DNA of 64,000 nucleotides from Phycisphaerales bacterium (GTDB taxonomy: Bacteria; Planctomycetota; Phycisphaerae; Phycisphaerales; UBA1924): NCBI GenBank assembly GCA_044226385.1, contig JBGAHA010000011.1:14820-78819 (forward strand), written 5' to 3'. Below, piece after piece: positions 52,375-61,868 of the stretch (positions within the stretch are counted from its first letter, which is position 1; each line of letters begins with the position of its first letter). The position numbers and the translations under genes are program-made. The notes under the pieces were generated by a model. The model saw only the letters and a list, made by a program, of their open reading frames with translations, searched no databases and was not told the origin of the DNA.

Positions 52375-54165
52375 TCACCTGGAAAGTTCCGGCTGCGCCT
52401 CCTGCGGAGCCAGATCCATCCTGGAGAGCATGGCTTCGAGTTCACGCTGATCCGCGGGCTCGAGGACTTGCTCCCGGGAGAGCGACTGGATCGCGGGGAC
52501 GATCATGCTCATCTGCTCTGGAGGGAGGTCCGACAGCACACCCACCGCGGCCATCCGCAGAGAGGCGGGCCGGCCAGAGTCCGTGACGATGGCGATCAGC
52601 TCCTGAATGATCCAACCGGGAAACTCCCGAAACTCCCCGCGCACGGGGATTGAGTCTCGGATGATCTCCAGCATGGTCTCCCGCTCCCGGGCTCGCCGCG
52701 CGATCTGGGCGAAGAGCTCTTTCGCCAGTTCTTCCCGCGGCATATGCAGGCGCAGGGAACTCGCGGCGCGGGCGGCAATGGCGTCGGAAGGGTCGTTCAG
52801 CATGGACTTGAGCGCGTCGATCGCCTCCGGGCGACACCGGCAGGCGACATTGACCAGCCTCGCGGCGGCCATGCGGAGCTGGGAGTCTCCCGACCTGCTG
52901 TAGGCGACGAATTTCTCGAGCGCGTCGTCCCGCGTGCGTGAAAGAACCGCCAGCACGTAAAGGTTCTGCCACGCCCGCCGGCGCTGGCCGCTCCTATCGC
53001 TCTCGATGGCCTGGAAGATCCCCTGCATGTACGGGTCGGCCGCCGCGCCCGCGTAGGACACCACCTCCGCCGCGCTCATCAACACCGATGGGTTCGAATC
53101 CGCCAGCCCCCCGGCCGCCGCCAGAGCGCATTCCTTCGCCACCGCGATCCACGCCGCGTCACGCTCGGGGATCATCGGTCCGCCGAACAGGCCCGCCGCC
53201 GCAAGTCGTTCCTTCCCATCCTCCGAGCCCAGCATGTTGAACGTCCGCCGAATCAGTTCCGGATTCCCTTTCATCGGATCGAAATCAACGCCCCTGGCCA
53301 GTCCGCCGAGCTGTTCCAGCATCGGGATAATCTCCCTCGGATCCGTCGCCGCCTTCAGCTTCCGTTCGACCCGCCACATCAGCCACGACTGCTGCCAGTC
53401 AAAGACATCACGTTCCGCGACCCGGTTGAACAGGCTCGCCGAAGAAGCGCCGGGCACACTGCGCGAGATCAGCGGCTCGGGCCAGTATTCGTACGTCGCG
53501 ATGAGCAGCGTCGTGGGAACCAGTGCAAAGGCGCCGCTGGCGCGGCCCTGCGGGATCTTGAGCGTGATGTAGCACAGCGCCGCGACCAGCACCCCCAGCT
53601 CGATCAGCCCGCGCTTGCGGCGCGTGCGGAACAAGCGGCGCTCGGACCTCGCCTCCCGCCCACATTCCGGGCAAAGCAGCCCCGCCGTCCCCGCCATGTC
53701 GTACCAGCACGTGGGGCAGCGCCTGCGCCCTCGCGAGGGGTCAAACCACCATCCCACGCAGATCAGGGCGGCCGAGACCTGGATCTGGGCGATGAGCGTC
53801 ATGACCACCAGCGCGCCCAAACGGTCGACCCAGGGCAGGCTGTCTCCCAGCCGTCCCCCGCCCAGGGAGACCCAGCACACCGCCAGGCCCGCGGCGAACG
53901 CGAGTGGCGCGAGCGTGAACACCAGCACGTTGCGCAAGGGATTGACCGGCGTGCCTGTCTGCGTCGTACCCGGCCGCGGCGTGGCGGCGCCGAGTGGGCG
54001 TGAAGTGTCCCCCGCGATTTCTCGCCGGCGGATCGCCCGGATCTCCGCCCGCTCCGCCAGCGCCCGCACGATGAGGCTGATGGCCCAGAACGAGAGGAAC
54101 GTCCCGACCAGGAAGACGCTGGCGATGAGGAATTCCACGAGCCACAGTCTACCAATCGCCCTCAT
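52375..54165 (-). CDS. Membrane protein with a CxxC..CPECG zinc ribbon and C-terminal HEAT-like repeats
   Basis: Transmembrane segments at the N-terminus; 'CPTCWYDMAGTAGLLCPECG' at nt 53659-53718; another transmembrane segment 'LGVLVAALCYITL'; then about 380 aa of helical repeats (for example 'LRMAAARLVNVA', 'DAIAARAASSL', 'SLRMAAVGVLSDL'). Confidence 0.55.
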   Translation of the reverse strand: MRAIGRLWLVEFLIASVFLVGTFLSFWAISLIVRALAERAEIRAIRRREIAGDTSRPLGAATPRPGTTQTGTPVNPLRNVLVFTLAPLAFAAGLAVCWVSLGGGRLGDSLPWVDRLGALVVMTLIAQIQVSAALICVGWWFDPSRGRRRCPTCWYDMAGTAGLLCPECGREARSERRLFRTRRKRGLIELGVLVAALCYITLKIPQGRASGAFALVPTTLLIATYEYWPEPLISRSVPGASSASLFNRVAERDVFDWQQSWLMWRVERKLKAATDPREIIPMLEQLGGLARGVDFDPMKGNPELIRRTFNMLGSEDGKERLAAAGLFGGPMIPERDAAWIAVAKECALAAAGGLADSNPSVLMSAAEVVSYAGAAADPYMQGIFQAIESDRSGQRRRAWQNLYVLAVLSRTRDDALEKFVAYSRSGDSQLRMAAARLVNVACRCRPEAIDALKSMLNDPSDAIAARAASSLRLHMPREELAKELFAQIARRARERETMLEIIRDSIPVRGEFREFPGWIIQELIAIVTDSGRPASLRMAAVGVLSDLPPEQMSMIVPAIQSLSREQVLEPADQRELEAMLSRMDLAPQEAQPELSR

Positions 54166-54348
54166 TGCCCGACCCGCCTTGCCCGGGGAATCTTCCGGGC
54201 AAACCTCCTATCCTCTAGGCCCCGCAGCGGGGAGAACAATCACCACACGTTTGCATGCCTGGGAATACGCCGACGCTTCCTGAATATCGGTCCCGGCACG
54301 GCGAAACGACGGATCACACACGCGGACGACCAACAAGAGAGGCCGGAG

Positions 54349-55554
54349 ATGCAGAAGGTACTGGTGCTGGGCGGTGGCAAGGTCGGCAAATCCGTCGCGG
54401 AGCTCCTCCTGGCCTGCGGACAGGGAAACTACCACGTCACCCTCGCCGACCGGGACGCCGCGAACCTCGCCCTCGCCGAACAGAACATGAAGCGGCTCAA
54501 GGGCCTGGTCCCCCACGCCGTGGAGTTCGCGACCAAGGTCGTCGACGCGCGGGAGACCAGCGCCGTCCGCGCCGCGCTCACCGGACAGAACTACGTCATC
54601 TGCATGCTCCCCTTCGACCTGGTTCCCGGCATCGCCGCCATGGCCAACGAGCTGGGCGTGCATTACTTCGATGTCACCGAAGACGTCGAGGCCACCGAGG
54701 CCGTCAAGGCCATCCAGGATTCGGGCAAGGCCCGCGTCGCGCTGGTCCCCCAGTGCGGCCTGGCCCCCGGCTACGTCGCCATCGCCGCCAACGCCCTCGC
54801 CCGACAGTTCAGCGTCGTCCACGACCTCACCCTGCGCGTCGGCGCGCTCCCGCAGTACCCCACCAACGCGCTCAAGTACAACGTCACATGGTCCGCCGCG
54901 GGCGTGGTGAACGAATACTGCGAGCCCTGCAACGTCATGCTCGACGGCAAGCAGGTCAAGGTCCCCGCGCTCGAAGGCCTGGAGCAGTTCAGCTTCGAGG
55001 GCGTCGAGTACGAAGCCTTCTACACCTCCGGCGGCGTCGGCAGCCTCATTGACACGCTCACGAGCGAGAAGAAGATCGTTCCCGAGACCAAGATCGCCTA
55101 CAAGACCATCCGCTACCCAGGCCACCGCGACCTGATGAAGTTCCTGCTCCAGGATCTGCGCCTGGGCGTCGAGCACGGCGCGCCCACCGCCGCCGGCCGC
55201 GTCTTTGACCGCGCCGCCGCCGTCGACCTGCTGGAGAACGGCATCCCCCGCACGTTCGAGGACGTGGTCGTGGTCTTCGCCAACTGCATCGGCATGCGCG
55301 AGGGTCGCCGGGACCAGGCCAACTTCCACCGCGCCGTGCGGGCGACAAAGATGTTCGGCCGCATCTGGCCGGCGATCGAGCTGACCACCGCGGCGGGCGT
55401 GTGCGCCATGGTCGACCTCCATCGGCTGGGGAAGCTCCGCCAGAGCGGGCTGGTCCTCCAGGAAGAATGCTCCCTGGACGAGTTCAACGCGACGGTCTTC
55501 GGGCTCGCGTACGAAGCGCCCCACCGGCTGGAGAGCGTGATCCTGAAGAAGTAA
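54349..55554 (+). CDS. Saccharopine dehydrogenase family protein (NAD(P)-binding)
   Basis: Rossmann N-terminus 'KVLVLGGGKVGKSVA'; 'HYFDVTEDVEAT', 'LVPQCGLAPGYV', 'YNVTWSAAGVVNEY', 'IRYPGHRDLMKFL'. Confidence 0.8.
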   Translation: MQKVLVLGGGKVGKSVAELLLACGQGNYHVTLADRDAANLALAEQNMKRLKGLVPHAVEFATKVVDARETSAVRAALTGQNYVICMLPFDLVPGIAAMANELGVHYFDVTEDVEATEAVKAIQDSGKARVALVPQCGLAPGYVAIAANALARQFSVVHDLTLRVGALPQYPTNALKYNVTWSAAGVVNEYCEPCNVMLDGKQVKVPALEGLEQFSFEGVEYEAFYTSGGVGSLIDTLTSEKKIVPETKIAYKTIRYPGHRDLMKFLLQDLRLGVEHGAPTAAGRVFDRAAAVDLLENGIPRTFEDVVVVFANCIGMREGRRDQANFHRAVRATKMFGRIWPAIELTTAAGVCAMVDLHRLGKLRQSGLVLQEECSLDEFNATVFGLAYEAPHRLESVILKK

Positions 55555-55653
55555 GCCCGGCCGGGGAGGCGAGGGGCCGCGGTTTCGTGTTTTTGAACGC
55601 GGAACGGGCCTTCCAAACCGCCCCCGGGGCGCGACGCACTTACCATCCGCCCG

Positions 55654-57261
55654 ATGGAGAAGGTCAACGTACTTCTGATCGGTGGCGGAGGACGCGAGCA
55701 CGCGCTGGCGCTGAAACTGCGCCAGTCCAGGCTGCTGGGAACGCTCTGGACGACGCACCCCCAGAACCCCGGCCTCGCCGCCGTCGCCCGCGCGGTGGAT
55801 GTCCCCGTGAGCATCCGGGAAATCTACCGCCTCGAGCAGTTCTGCGACGCCAACCAGATCGGGCTGGTGGTCATCGGCCCTGAGGATCCCCTCGCCGAGG
55901 GGTACGCCGACCGGCTTGCCACGCCCACGCGACTGGTCTTCGGCCCCACCAAACAGGGGGCGATGATCGAGTCCGACAAGGCGTGGTGCAAGCAGCTGCT
56001 GCGCTCCGCGGCGATCCCGACCGCCGAGGCCCGGATCGTGACCGACCCCGAGGCGGCCCTGACGTACATCGAGAGCCGTTTGCGCGACGATGATTCCCTG
56101 CGCATCATCCTGGGACAGCCGCGCGACTTTGAGCGGATGGAGGACAAGCGGGCCTTCATCATGAAGCAGATGGAGGCGATGATCGGACAGCTCGGCGGTC
56201 CCGCGGGCAACAAGCTCGCCCCCGAGCAGGCGACGAGCATCAAGGCCCGTGCCGCGCTGACGTGCGCCGCCCTTGCAAGCGCCACGTACCGGGATCCCGA
56301 GGATCGCCGCCGGGCGATGAACGAGTACATCCGCACCAACCCCACCGTCGCCGCCGCGTATGTCGCCCCCGTGCAGGGCCTGCCGGTCATCAAGGCCGCC
56401 GGCCTCGCCAAGGGTAAGGGCGTGATCCTTCCCTCCACGATGGAAGAAGCGGCCCGCGCGATCGATGAGATCATGGTCCGCCGCGTCTTTGGAGACGCCG
56501 GCGCCACCGTGGTGCTCGAGGAATGCATGTCGGGCCCGGAAGTCTCGGTGCTCGCCATCACCGACGGCCAGAGCATCCTGGTCATGCCGCCCTGCCAGGA
56601 TCACAAGCGGCTGGGAGATGGGGATGTCGGCCCCAACACGGGCGGGATGGGTGCGTTCTGCCCCGCGGGCACGATCGACGCGGCGATGATGGACCGCATC
56701 GAGCGCGAGGTGCTCGTGCCGGTGCTCGATGCCCTTCGGCGCGAGGGGATCGACTACCGCGGCGTGCTCTACGCGGGGCTGATGCTGACACCAGGCGGAC
56801 CCAAGGTGCTGGAGTTCAACGCCCGCTTCGGGGACCCCGAATGTCAGCCGCTGATGGCCCGGCTCAAGACCGACCTTCTCGAGCTCATGCTCGCCACCTG
56901 CAAGGGCCAGCTCGATCGCGTGAATGTCGAGTGGGATACCCGCGCGGCGTGCACAGTGGTCATCGCCGCGAAGGGATACCCGGAGAAGCCCCTCGCAGGA
57001 ACCGAAATCCTCGGCATCGATGAGGCCGAGCGAGTGCCGGGCGCGACCGTGCACCACGCGGGCACCAAGCGCGAAGGAGCCCGGATCCTTACCGCCGGCG
57101 GCCGAGTGCTCTCAGTCACAGGAATCGGAGACTCGCTCGAGGCCGCCCGCGCCGTTGCGTACAAGGCGTGCGACCTGATCCAGTTCGAGGGCCGGCAGAT
57201 GCGGCGAGATATCGGCGTGGCATCCCCTCCCGCACGGCGTACCGCCCGCGGGGATCGCTGA
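55654..57261 (+). CDS. purD: Phosphoribosylamine-glycine ligase with a roughly 100-aa internal insertion
   Basis: 'VLLIGGGGREHALA', 'VVIGPEDPLAEG', 'FGPTKQGAMIESDKAWCKQLL', 'PVIKAAGLAKGKGV', 'DHKRLGDGDVGPNTGGMGA', 'YAGLMLTPGGPKVLEFNARFGDPE', 'GGRVLSVTG'. Confidence 0.9.
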   Translation: MEKVNVLLIGGGGREHALALKLRQSRLLGTLWTTHPQNPGLAAVARAVDVPVSIREIYRLEQFCDANQIGLVVIGPEDPLAEGYADRLATPTRLVFGPTKQGAMIESDKAWCKQLLRSAAIPTAEARIVTDPEAALTYIESRLRDDDSLRIILGQPRDFERMEDKRAFIMKQMEAMIGQLGGPAGNKLAPEQATSIKARAALTCAALASATYRDPEDRRRAMNEYIRTNPTVAAAYVAPVQGLPVIKAAGLAKGKGVILPSTMEEAARAIDEIMVRRVFGDAGATVVLEECMSGPEVSVLAITDGQSILVMPPCQDHKRLGDGDVGPNTGGMGAFCPAGTIDAAMMDRIEREVLVPVLDALRREGIDYRGVLYAGLMLTPGGPKVLEFNARFGDPECQPLMARLKTDLLELMLATCKGQLDRVNVEWDTRAACTVVIAAKGYPEKPLAGTEILGIDEAERVPGATVHHAGTKREGARILTAGGRVLSVTGIGDSLEAARAVAYKACDLIQFEGRQMRRDIGVASPPARRTARGDR

Positions 57262-57323
57262 GGCCATCAGGCCGCGTGTTCAACCTTGATTCTCTCTCGT
57301 TGACGTGATCGGCACGGGCAGGC

Positions 57324-58784
57324 TTACCGCATCCCCAGGTGTGCCAGCGCCTCTTCCCACACGGCGGCGGCGTCCGCCCCGTGGATGCGGTTCACCGATT
57401 CGCTGCGCACCACCAGCTCGCGCGTATCCCCCGAGCCGCGCACAAAGACCATCGCCGAGTCCAGCGGCGGGCCCGCGGCGCCCAGCAATTCCACCCGCAC
57501 GCCCGCACCCGGCGGCACGCTCTCGTCCGACGCCCGCTCGATCCGCATCGCCAGCCCCGCCGTGAGCAGGTCGATGATCGATCGGATCCCGTCTCGCTCG
57601 ACCAGCGTCATCGTTCCGCCCGGCTCGCGCAACCACTCATCGATGCTCCGCGTCGCCGTCAGCGTCCGGTCCCCGCTCGCCACCGTGAGGCGCCGCACAT
57701 CGGCGGTGACCACGCTGGTCGCGAGCCGCGAGGCGAACGATTCCGCAGGCCTCAGCACGTCCCTTGCCGTCGCCTTGTCCACGACCACGAGCGTCGGTCC
57801 CCACAGCACTTCGGGCGCCTTCCCGGCGCGCTCGATGCTCACCGTCGCGCGGGCGAGCATGGATTCATCCCCCGCAAACGGCGCCAGGTCCAGGCGCTGC
57901 CGCAGCACCCAGCGCGAGGACGCGTCCCCATCGGGAAGCTTTCGGTCGGATTCGATGATGATCGACTCGGCGAACGGGTCATCCGCCGCCCCGGTCCATC
58001 CCGGCTGATCACCGGGAAAGCGCGCGATGCGCAGCTTCTTGAGCGCCGCGAGGAACCCCTCGATCGCCGCCCGGTCGGCCCGAACCTGCATGGGCTCCAT
58101 CACGCCCCATCGTCCCCCGACGCGCTGAAGTCTGGTCGCTCCGTCCGCGGATTGCAGCGCAATGCGCGCCGTCTGGGATGTCTCCGCCGCGAACAGCGAC
58201 AGGTCGCGCCACGCCAGGATGTCGGCCCGCTGAAAGACCTGCACCAATTCCCCGTCAACCTCGGCGGCGAGCGCGGAGTTGACGCCCCCGCCGCGCCTCC
58301 CGTCCGCCGGACTGACCGCGGAACCCTGCGGTGAGGACGCGCTCGGAGCGTCCGCTCGCCGCACGAGCACCCCGCGCCCTCCGAACGACCGCTTGGCCGC
58401 CTCGATCGTCACCGAAGAATCCGGTGAGCGCAGCGTGATCCACACCGGGTCTCCCAGCGCCTCCACCGACGTCTCCGCCGTGCCCTTGACCGCCGTCAGC
58501 AGCTTGATCGCCCCCGCAACCCGCGAGCCGATGACCGGCCACGTGCCCGACGCATCACCCGATCGCCACCGCATCACCCATGTCCCATCCGCGGCCCTGG
58601 AGACGGTGCTGGCGATGCTCCCATCTCCCGCCCAGCGCACTTCCACGCTCGTCACCTTGGCGGGATCGATCTCCACCAGCGCCGCGGGAGGGGAAACGAT
58701 CGCGCTGGTCCTGCCCATCCAGTAGACGGCGCCGGCGAGCAGGCTCGCGAGGATCAGGAGCGTGACGATGAACTTCACGGGCAT
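57324..58784 (-). CDS. Hypothetical membrane-anchored protein, possibly DUF4340-like
   Basis: Anchor 'FIVTLLILASLLAGAVYW'. Repeated pattern 'VTSVEVRWAGDGS..RAADGTWVMRW' and 'ATRLQRVGGRWGVMEPMQVRADRAAIEGFLAALKKL' resembles the gene at 39641-40945. The assignment is tentative. Confidence 0.5.
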   Translation of the reverse strand: MPVKFIVTLLILASLLAGAVYWMGRTSAIVSPPAALVEIDPAKVTSVEVRWAGDGSIASTVSRAADGTWVMRWRSGDASGTWPVIGSRVAGAIKLLTAVKGTAETSVEALGDPVWITLRSPDSSVTIEAAKRSFGGRGVLVRRADAPSASSPQGSAVSPADGRRGGGVNSALAAEVDGELVQVFQRADILAWRDLSLFAAETSQTARIALQSADGATRLQRVGGRWGVMEPMQVRADRAAIEGFLAALKKLRIARFPGDQPGWTGAADDPFAESIIIESDRKLPDGDASSRWVLRQRLDLAPFAGDESMLARATVSIERAGKAPEVLWGPTLVVVDKATARDVLRPAESFASRLATSVVTADVRRLTVASGDRTLTATRSIDEWLREPGGTMTLVERDGIRSIIDLLTAGLAMRIERASDESVPPGAGVRVELLGAAGPPLDSAMVFVRGSGDTRELVVRSESVNRIHGADAAAVWEEALAHLGMR

Positions 58785-58932
58785 GGCACGTCACTGTAGA
58801 GGTGAGCGGCGCCGCCGGGAACGCATCCGTAGGCTCAAAATCAGGCGACCCGCGGGAGACGGCCACGCTCTCCGGAGCGATTGATGCCGCGCGCGTTCGC
58901 CGGCCTCCCGTGGTCCGGCCAACAATCCAGCC

Positions 58933-59640
58933 ATGACACTCCACGCGCCGCTTGTGGGAATCACCTCCGACCTGTTCGAGCGTTCACCCGGACGCTGGTC
59001 CGTTGCGGTGGCGCGAGCCTACGGCGATCGCGTCTCCGCCGCCGGCGGGATCCCCGTGCTCCTGCATCCAGACCCCTCGCTCGCCGCCGCCCACGCCGCC
59101 GCCTGCGACGCCTTCGTCTTCACCGGCGGCAACGACCCCGACATGCGCCAGTTCGGCCGTGAAACCCATCCCAGCGCCACCGTCATGCACCCCCAGCGCC
59201 AGGAGTACGAGACCGCGCTGCTGCGCATCCTCCGCACCGATCACCCCACCAAGCCCGTGCTGGGCATCTGCCTGGGCATGCAGATGATGTGCCTCGACGC
59301 CGGCGGAGAGCTCAACCAGCATCTGCCCGATACCCATGCCTCCGCCGCCGCCCACCGGGACGCGGACCACCCAATCACCCCCGTCGTCGCGGTGGGGGAG
59401 GGCTGCCCCACCTGGCTCGCCGCCGGTGGAATGGGCAACAGCAACCATCACCAGGCCGTGGTGAACCCCGGCCCGGACATGCGAGTCCTCGCCGTCGGTG
59501 ACGATGGCGTGATCGAGGCCGTCGTGAATCCTCATCGCCCGTTCTACGTCGGCGTGCAATGGCATCCCGAGCGAACCGCCGACCAGCGCCTGGGGGCCGA
59601 CGTCTTCACGTCGCTGGTGCAGGCGGCGACGCAGGGGTGA
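58933..59640 (+). CDS. Gamma-glutamyl-gamma-aminobutyrate hydrolase family protein (class I glutamine amidotransferase-like, peptidase C26)
   Basis: 'FVFTGGNDPD', nucleophile elbow 'PVLGICLGMQMM', 'NSNHHQAV', 'GVQWHPE'. Confidence 0.8.
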   Translation: MTLHAPLVGITSDLFERSPGRWSVAVARAYGDRVSAAGGIPVLLHPDPSLAAAHAAACDAFVFTGGNDPDMRQFGRETHPSATVMHPQRQEYETALLRILRTDHPTKPVLGICLGMQMMCLDAGGELNQHLPDTHASAAAHRDADHPITPVVAVGEGCPTWLAAGGMGNSNHHQAVVNPGPDMRVLAVGDDGVIEAVVNPHRPFYVGVQWHPERTADQRLGADVFTSLVQAATQG

Positions 59641-60424
59641 GAGTTCCGCCGCACTCCGGGCACTCCGCCAGTCCCCCGCTCTGCAGGTCGTATCCGCAGA
59701 GCACGCAGTGTCCGCTGCGGCGCCACCGCCGGCGTTGCAAGGCCTTCCACGCCGGCACGATCGAGAGCCAGAACCCCCAGAAGCACCCGTGCACGGCCAG
59801 GTCGGCAACGAGCAACGGCCAATTGGGAAACGCCGGCACCACGCCGACGCCCAGCTCGGTTCCTGCTTTCACTTCCGCCCAGATTCTCCAAGGCGGAATT
59901 TCCAAGGCGCCGCGCCGTCCTCCGACGCCGTCCTCCTTCGTCCAGGTGATGGCCCAGAAACACCGCCACGGCCACCCAGTTTCCACGAGCCCCCATCGCC
60001 GGTACGTGGCCGTGTCGTCGGGAAGCTTTCCCACCCACCATTTCGGCGCCGCCCAGAAGAGGCCCGGGCCGACGATCCCACTCCCGGAGATCCGCTCCAT
60101 GTCCGTTGCGGCCTGCGAAAGGTCACGCCGGGTGAAGCCGATTCCAAGGTCGGTCTCGATGAACGTCTCACGCAATCCCAGCGCCGCGTGATTGAGATGG
60201 AACCACTCTCCCACGCGGTTGGTCGCCGGGTTGCTCGCCAGCGGCGCCTTGCGTTTGGCGTAGTCCCGCGGAAGAACCGCCAGATTCGTCACAAAGCGCT
60301 TCATCCCCGGCGCCACCAGTGCTGAGAACCACGCGAGCCCCACGGTCGAGGCAATGGCCAGGCACGCCGTCAGAATGATGATCCTGCGAGCAGACACGCC
60401 GCCGAGTGTACCGGGCCTCATCAC
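59606..60424 (-). CDS. Membrane protein with a C-terminal CxxC..CPECG zinc ribbon
   Basis: N-terminal anchor 'IIILTACLAIASTVGLAWF'; 'ETGWPWRCFW'; transmembrane segment 'LAVHGCFWGFWLSIV'; 'CVLCGYDLQSGGLAECPECG' at nt 59648-59707. The 3' end overlaps the convergent gene by 35 nt. Confidence 0.5.
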   Translation of the reverse strand: MMRPGTLGGVSARRIIILTACLAIASTVGLAWFSALVAPGMKRFVTNLAVLPRDYAKRKAPLASNPATNRVGEWFHLNHAALGLRETFIETDLGIGFTRRDLSQAATDMERISGSGIVGPGLFWAAPKWWVGKLPDDTATYRRWGLVETGWPWRCFWAITWTKEDGVGGRRGALEIPPWRIWAEVKAGTELGVGVVPAFPNWPLLVADLAVHGCFWGFWLSIVPAWKALQRRRWRRSGHCVLCGYDLQSGGLAECPECGGTLTPASPPAPAT

Positions 60425-60482
60425 TTCATGCTCACCGACGCTCCACGGACGGTCGCGCCGGCGGCTTGATCAAAAAGCAGCG

Positions 60483-61868
60483 TTACCTGCGTCGCAGCGA
60501 CATTTCCCGGCGATCAAAGTCGATTCGGACCTCCGCAAAGCGGCCCAGCACATCGTTCCCCAGCACCCCGATCGGCCGGCCCGCGCGGAGCGTGTTGAAG
60601 ATCGGCAGGTTGCCCACGCGCACGGGAACATCGGTGAGCGTCTCCACTCCAAGGGACATCGCGCTGGCGGTGCCCACCGAAAGTGCCGAAGCCCCGCTCC
60701 CCAGCCCGCGCACGTTCTCACCGCCGGCCCCCGTCGCCACCTTCGCCTGCGTCGCCGCCTTCCCATCCAGGATCGTGATCGGAGAACCCGTATCCACGAT
60801 CAGGCAGGTGGTGACATCATTGATCTTCGCCGCGACATACGCCCGGTCCCCGATCAGGCTGAGCGGTAGCGTGGTACACCCGGCCTCCGGCGCCCCGCCG
60901 CCCACGCTCATGGTCCACGATGCCGGGTCCGGTGAGGAGAAGGTCACGCTGCTCGCGCGTGCGAGCAGATCGATCCCGACGATGCCGATGACCGTTCCGT
61001 CACCCACGGGCGGGAGCGTCTCCATCACCAGCACCGAGGCATCCTTGAACACGATCTCGCCGACGCGAAGCTCCGGGATCACCGCGACGCCCAGGGGCGT
61101 CACCGCGCCGGTCGCTCCGCCGATCTCCGTCGCCAGCCGGCGAACACCCTGCGGGGATTGCTGCGTCATGACCGACTCTTCAATCGTGACCCCCGGTGGG
61201 AGGGCGCTGCGCAGCATGACCGTTGTACCCGCCGCCAGATCGATGACCACCTCCGCGGCCGTATCCCCCACGCGTGCGGGCGCAAGGTGGTGCCCCTTCA
61301 CCAGCCGCAGCGGTGAACGCCCCGACAGTCCCTGAGTATGCGCGCTGCGGGCGGGGAACGTGGTGGTGTACACCGAGCAGTCACCCTCCTGCAGGGGGAT
61401 CGCGCCCGCGAAGATATCTTCCACCGGGCCGATGTCGTCGGGGATGATCTCGTCGTTCCCGCGGATGAACCCGCTGTACATCCCGTGCAGCGTCCGCGCC
61501 GAGACCCGCACGTCCAGTGTGCGCCAATCCCTCGCCGGCGCGAGCGGACGCTCATACGCGCGGCCATCGGAGGTCACGGTCTTCACCGTCAGCACTCCCT
61601 CCCTGCACGAGGCCTCGACCGTCGGCTTCGATGCCGCCTGCACGATGCTTCCCGACCCCCCGGGCCCGGTGGTCGTCACCACATCCAGAAACCCGTCCTC
61701 CCCGAGTTTCCAGCGTCGCGTCTCCCCCTCCTTGACCGTCTGCTTCTCCAGTGTGATGACGCCCGCTCGCTCCCGCAGGACAAACACTGCGGGATCCGAA
61801 AGCTCGCGGGCCGATCCCATGCAAAGACTCGCCGCCGCCAGGACGGGAAACAGGGCATGCATGCGCAT
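60483..61868 (-). CDS. Secreted retropepsin-like (clan AA) aspartic protease domain protein
   Basis: Signal peptide '[20 protein letters not shown]'. Aspartic-protease-type '[14 protein letters not shown]' and '[19 protein letters not shown]'. There is an earlier degenerate copy '[19 protein letters not shown]'. Start at ATG 61868; the ORF is open to 61913. Confidence 0.6.
   Translation of the reverse strand: MRMHALFPVLAAASLCMGSARELSDPAVFVLRERAGVITLEKQTVKEGETRRWKLGEDGFLDVVTTTGPGGSGSIVQAASKPTVEASCREGVLTVKTVTSDGRAYERPLAPARDWRTLDVRVSARTLHGMYSGFIRGNDEIIPDDIGPVEDIFAGAIPLQEGDCSVYTTTFPARSAHTQGLSGRSPLRLVKGHHLAPARVGDTAAEVVIDLAAGTTVMLRSALPPGVTIEESVMTQQSPQGVRRLATEIGGATGAVTPLGVAVIPELRVGEIVFKDASVLVMETLPPVGDGTVIGIVGIDLLARASSVTFSSPDPASWTMSVGGGAPEAGCTTLPLSLIGDRAYVAAKINDVTTCLIVDTGSPITILDGKAATQAKVATGAGGENVRGLGSGASALSVGTASAMSLGVETLTDVPVRVGNLPIFNTLRAGRPIGVLGNDVLGRFAEVRIDFDRREMSLRRR

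Noticed and set aside
54208-57057. 949-aa ORF antisense to the saccharopine-dehydrogenase-like gene and purD
   Set aside because: The sense-strand genes have unambiguous family motifs, and the antisense product is low-complexity. The same applies to 61552..63510, 7734..9797, 17276..19285, 27181..29280, 43450..45027, 33835..35490, 14371..15642, 50751..51992 and 3132..4196.
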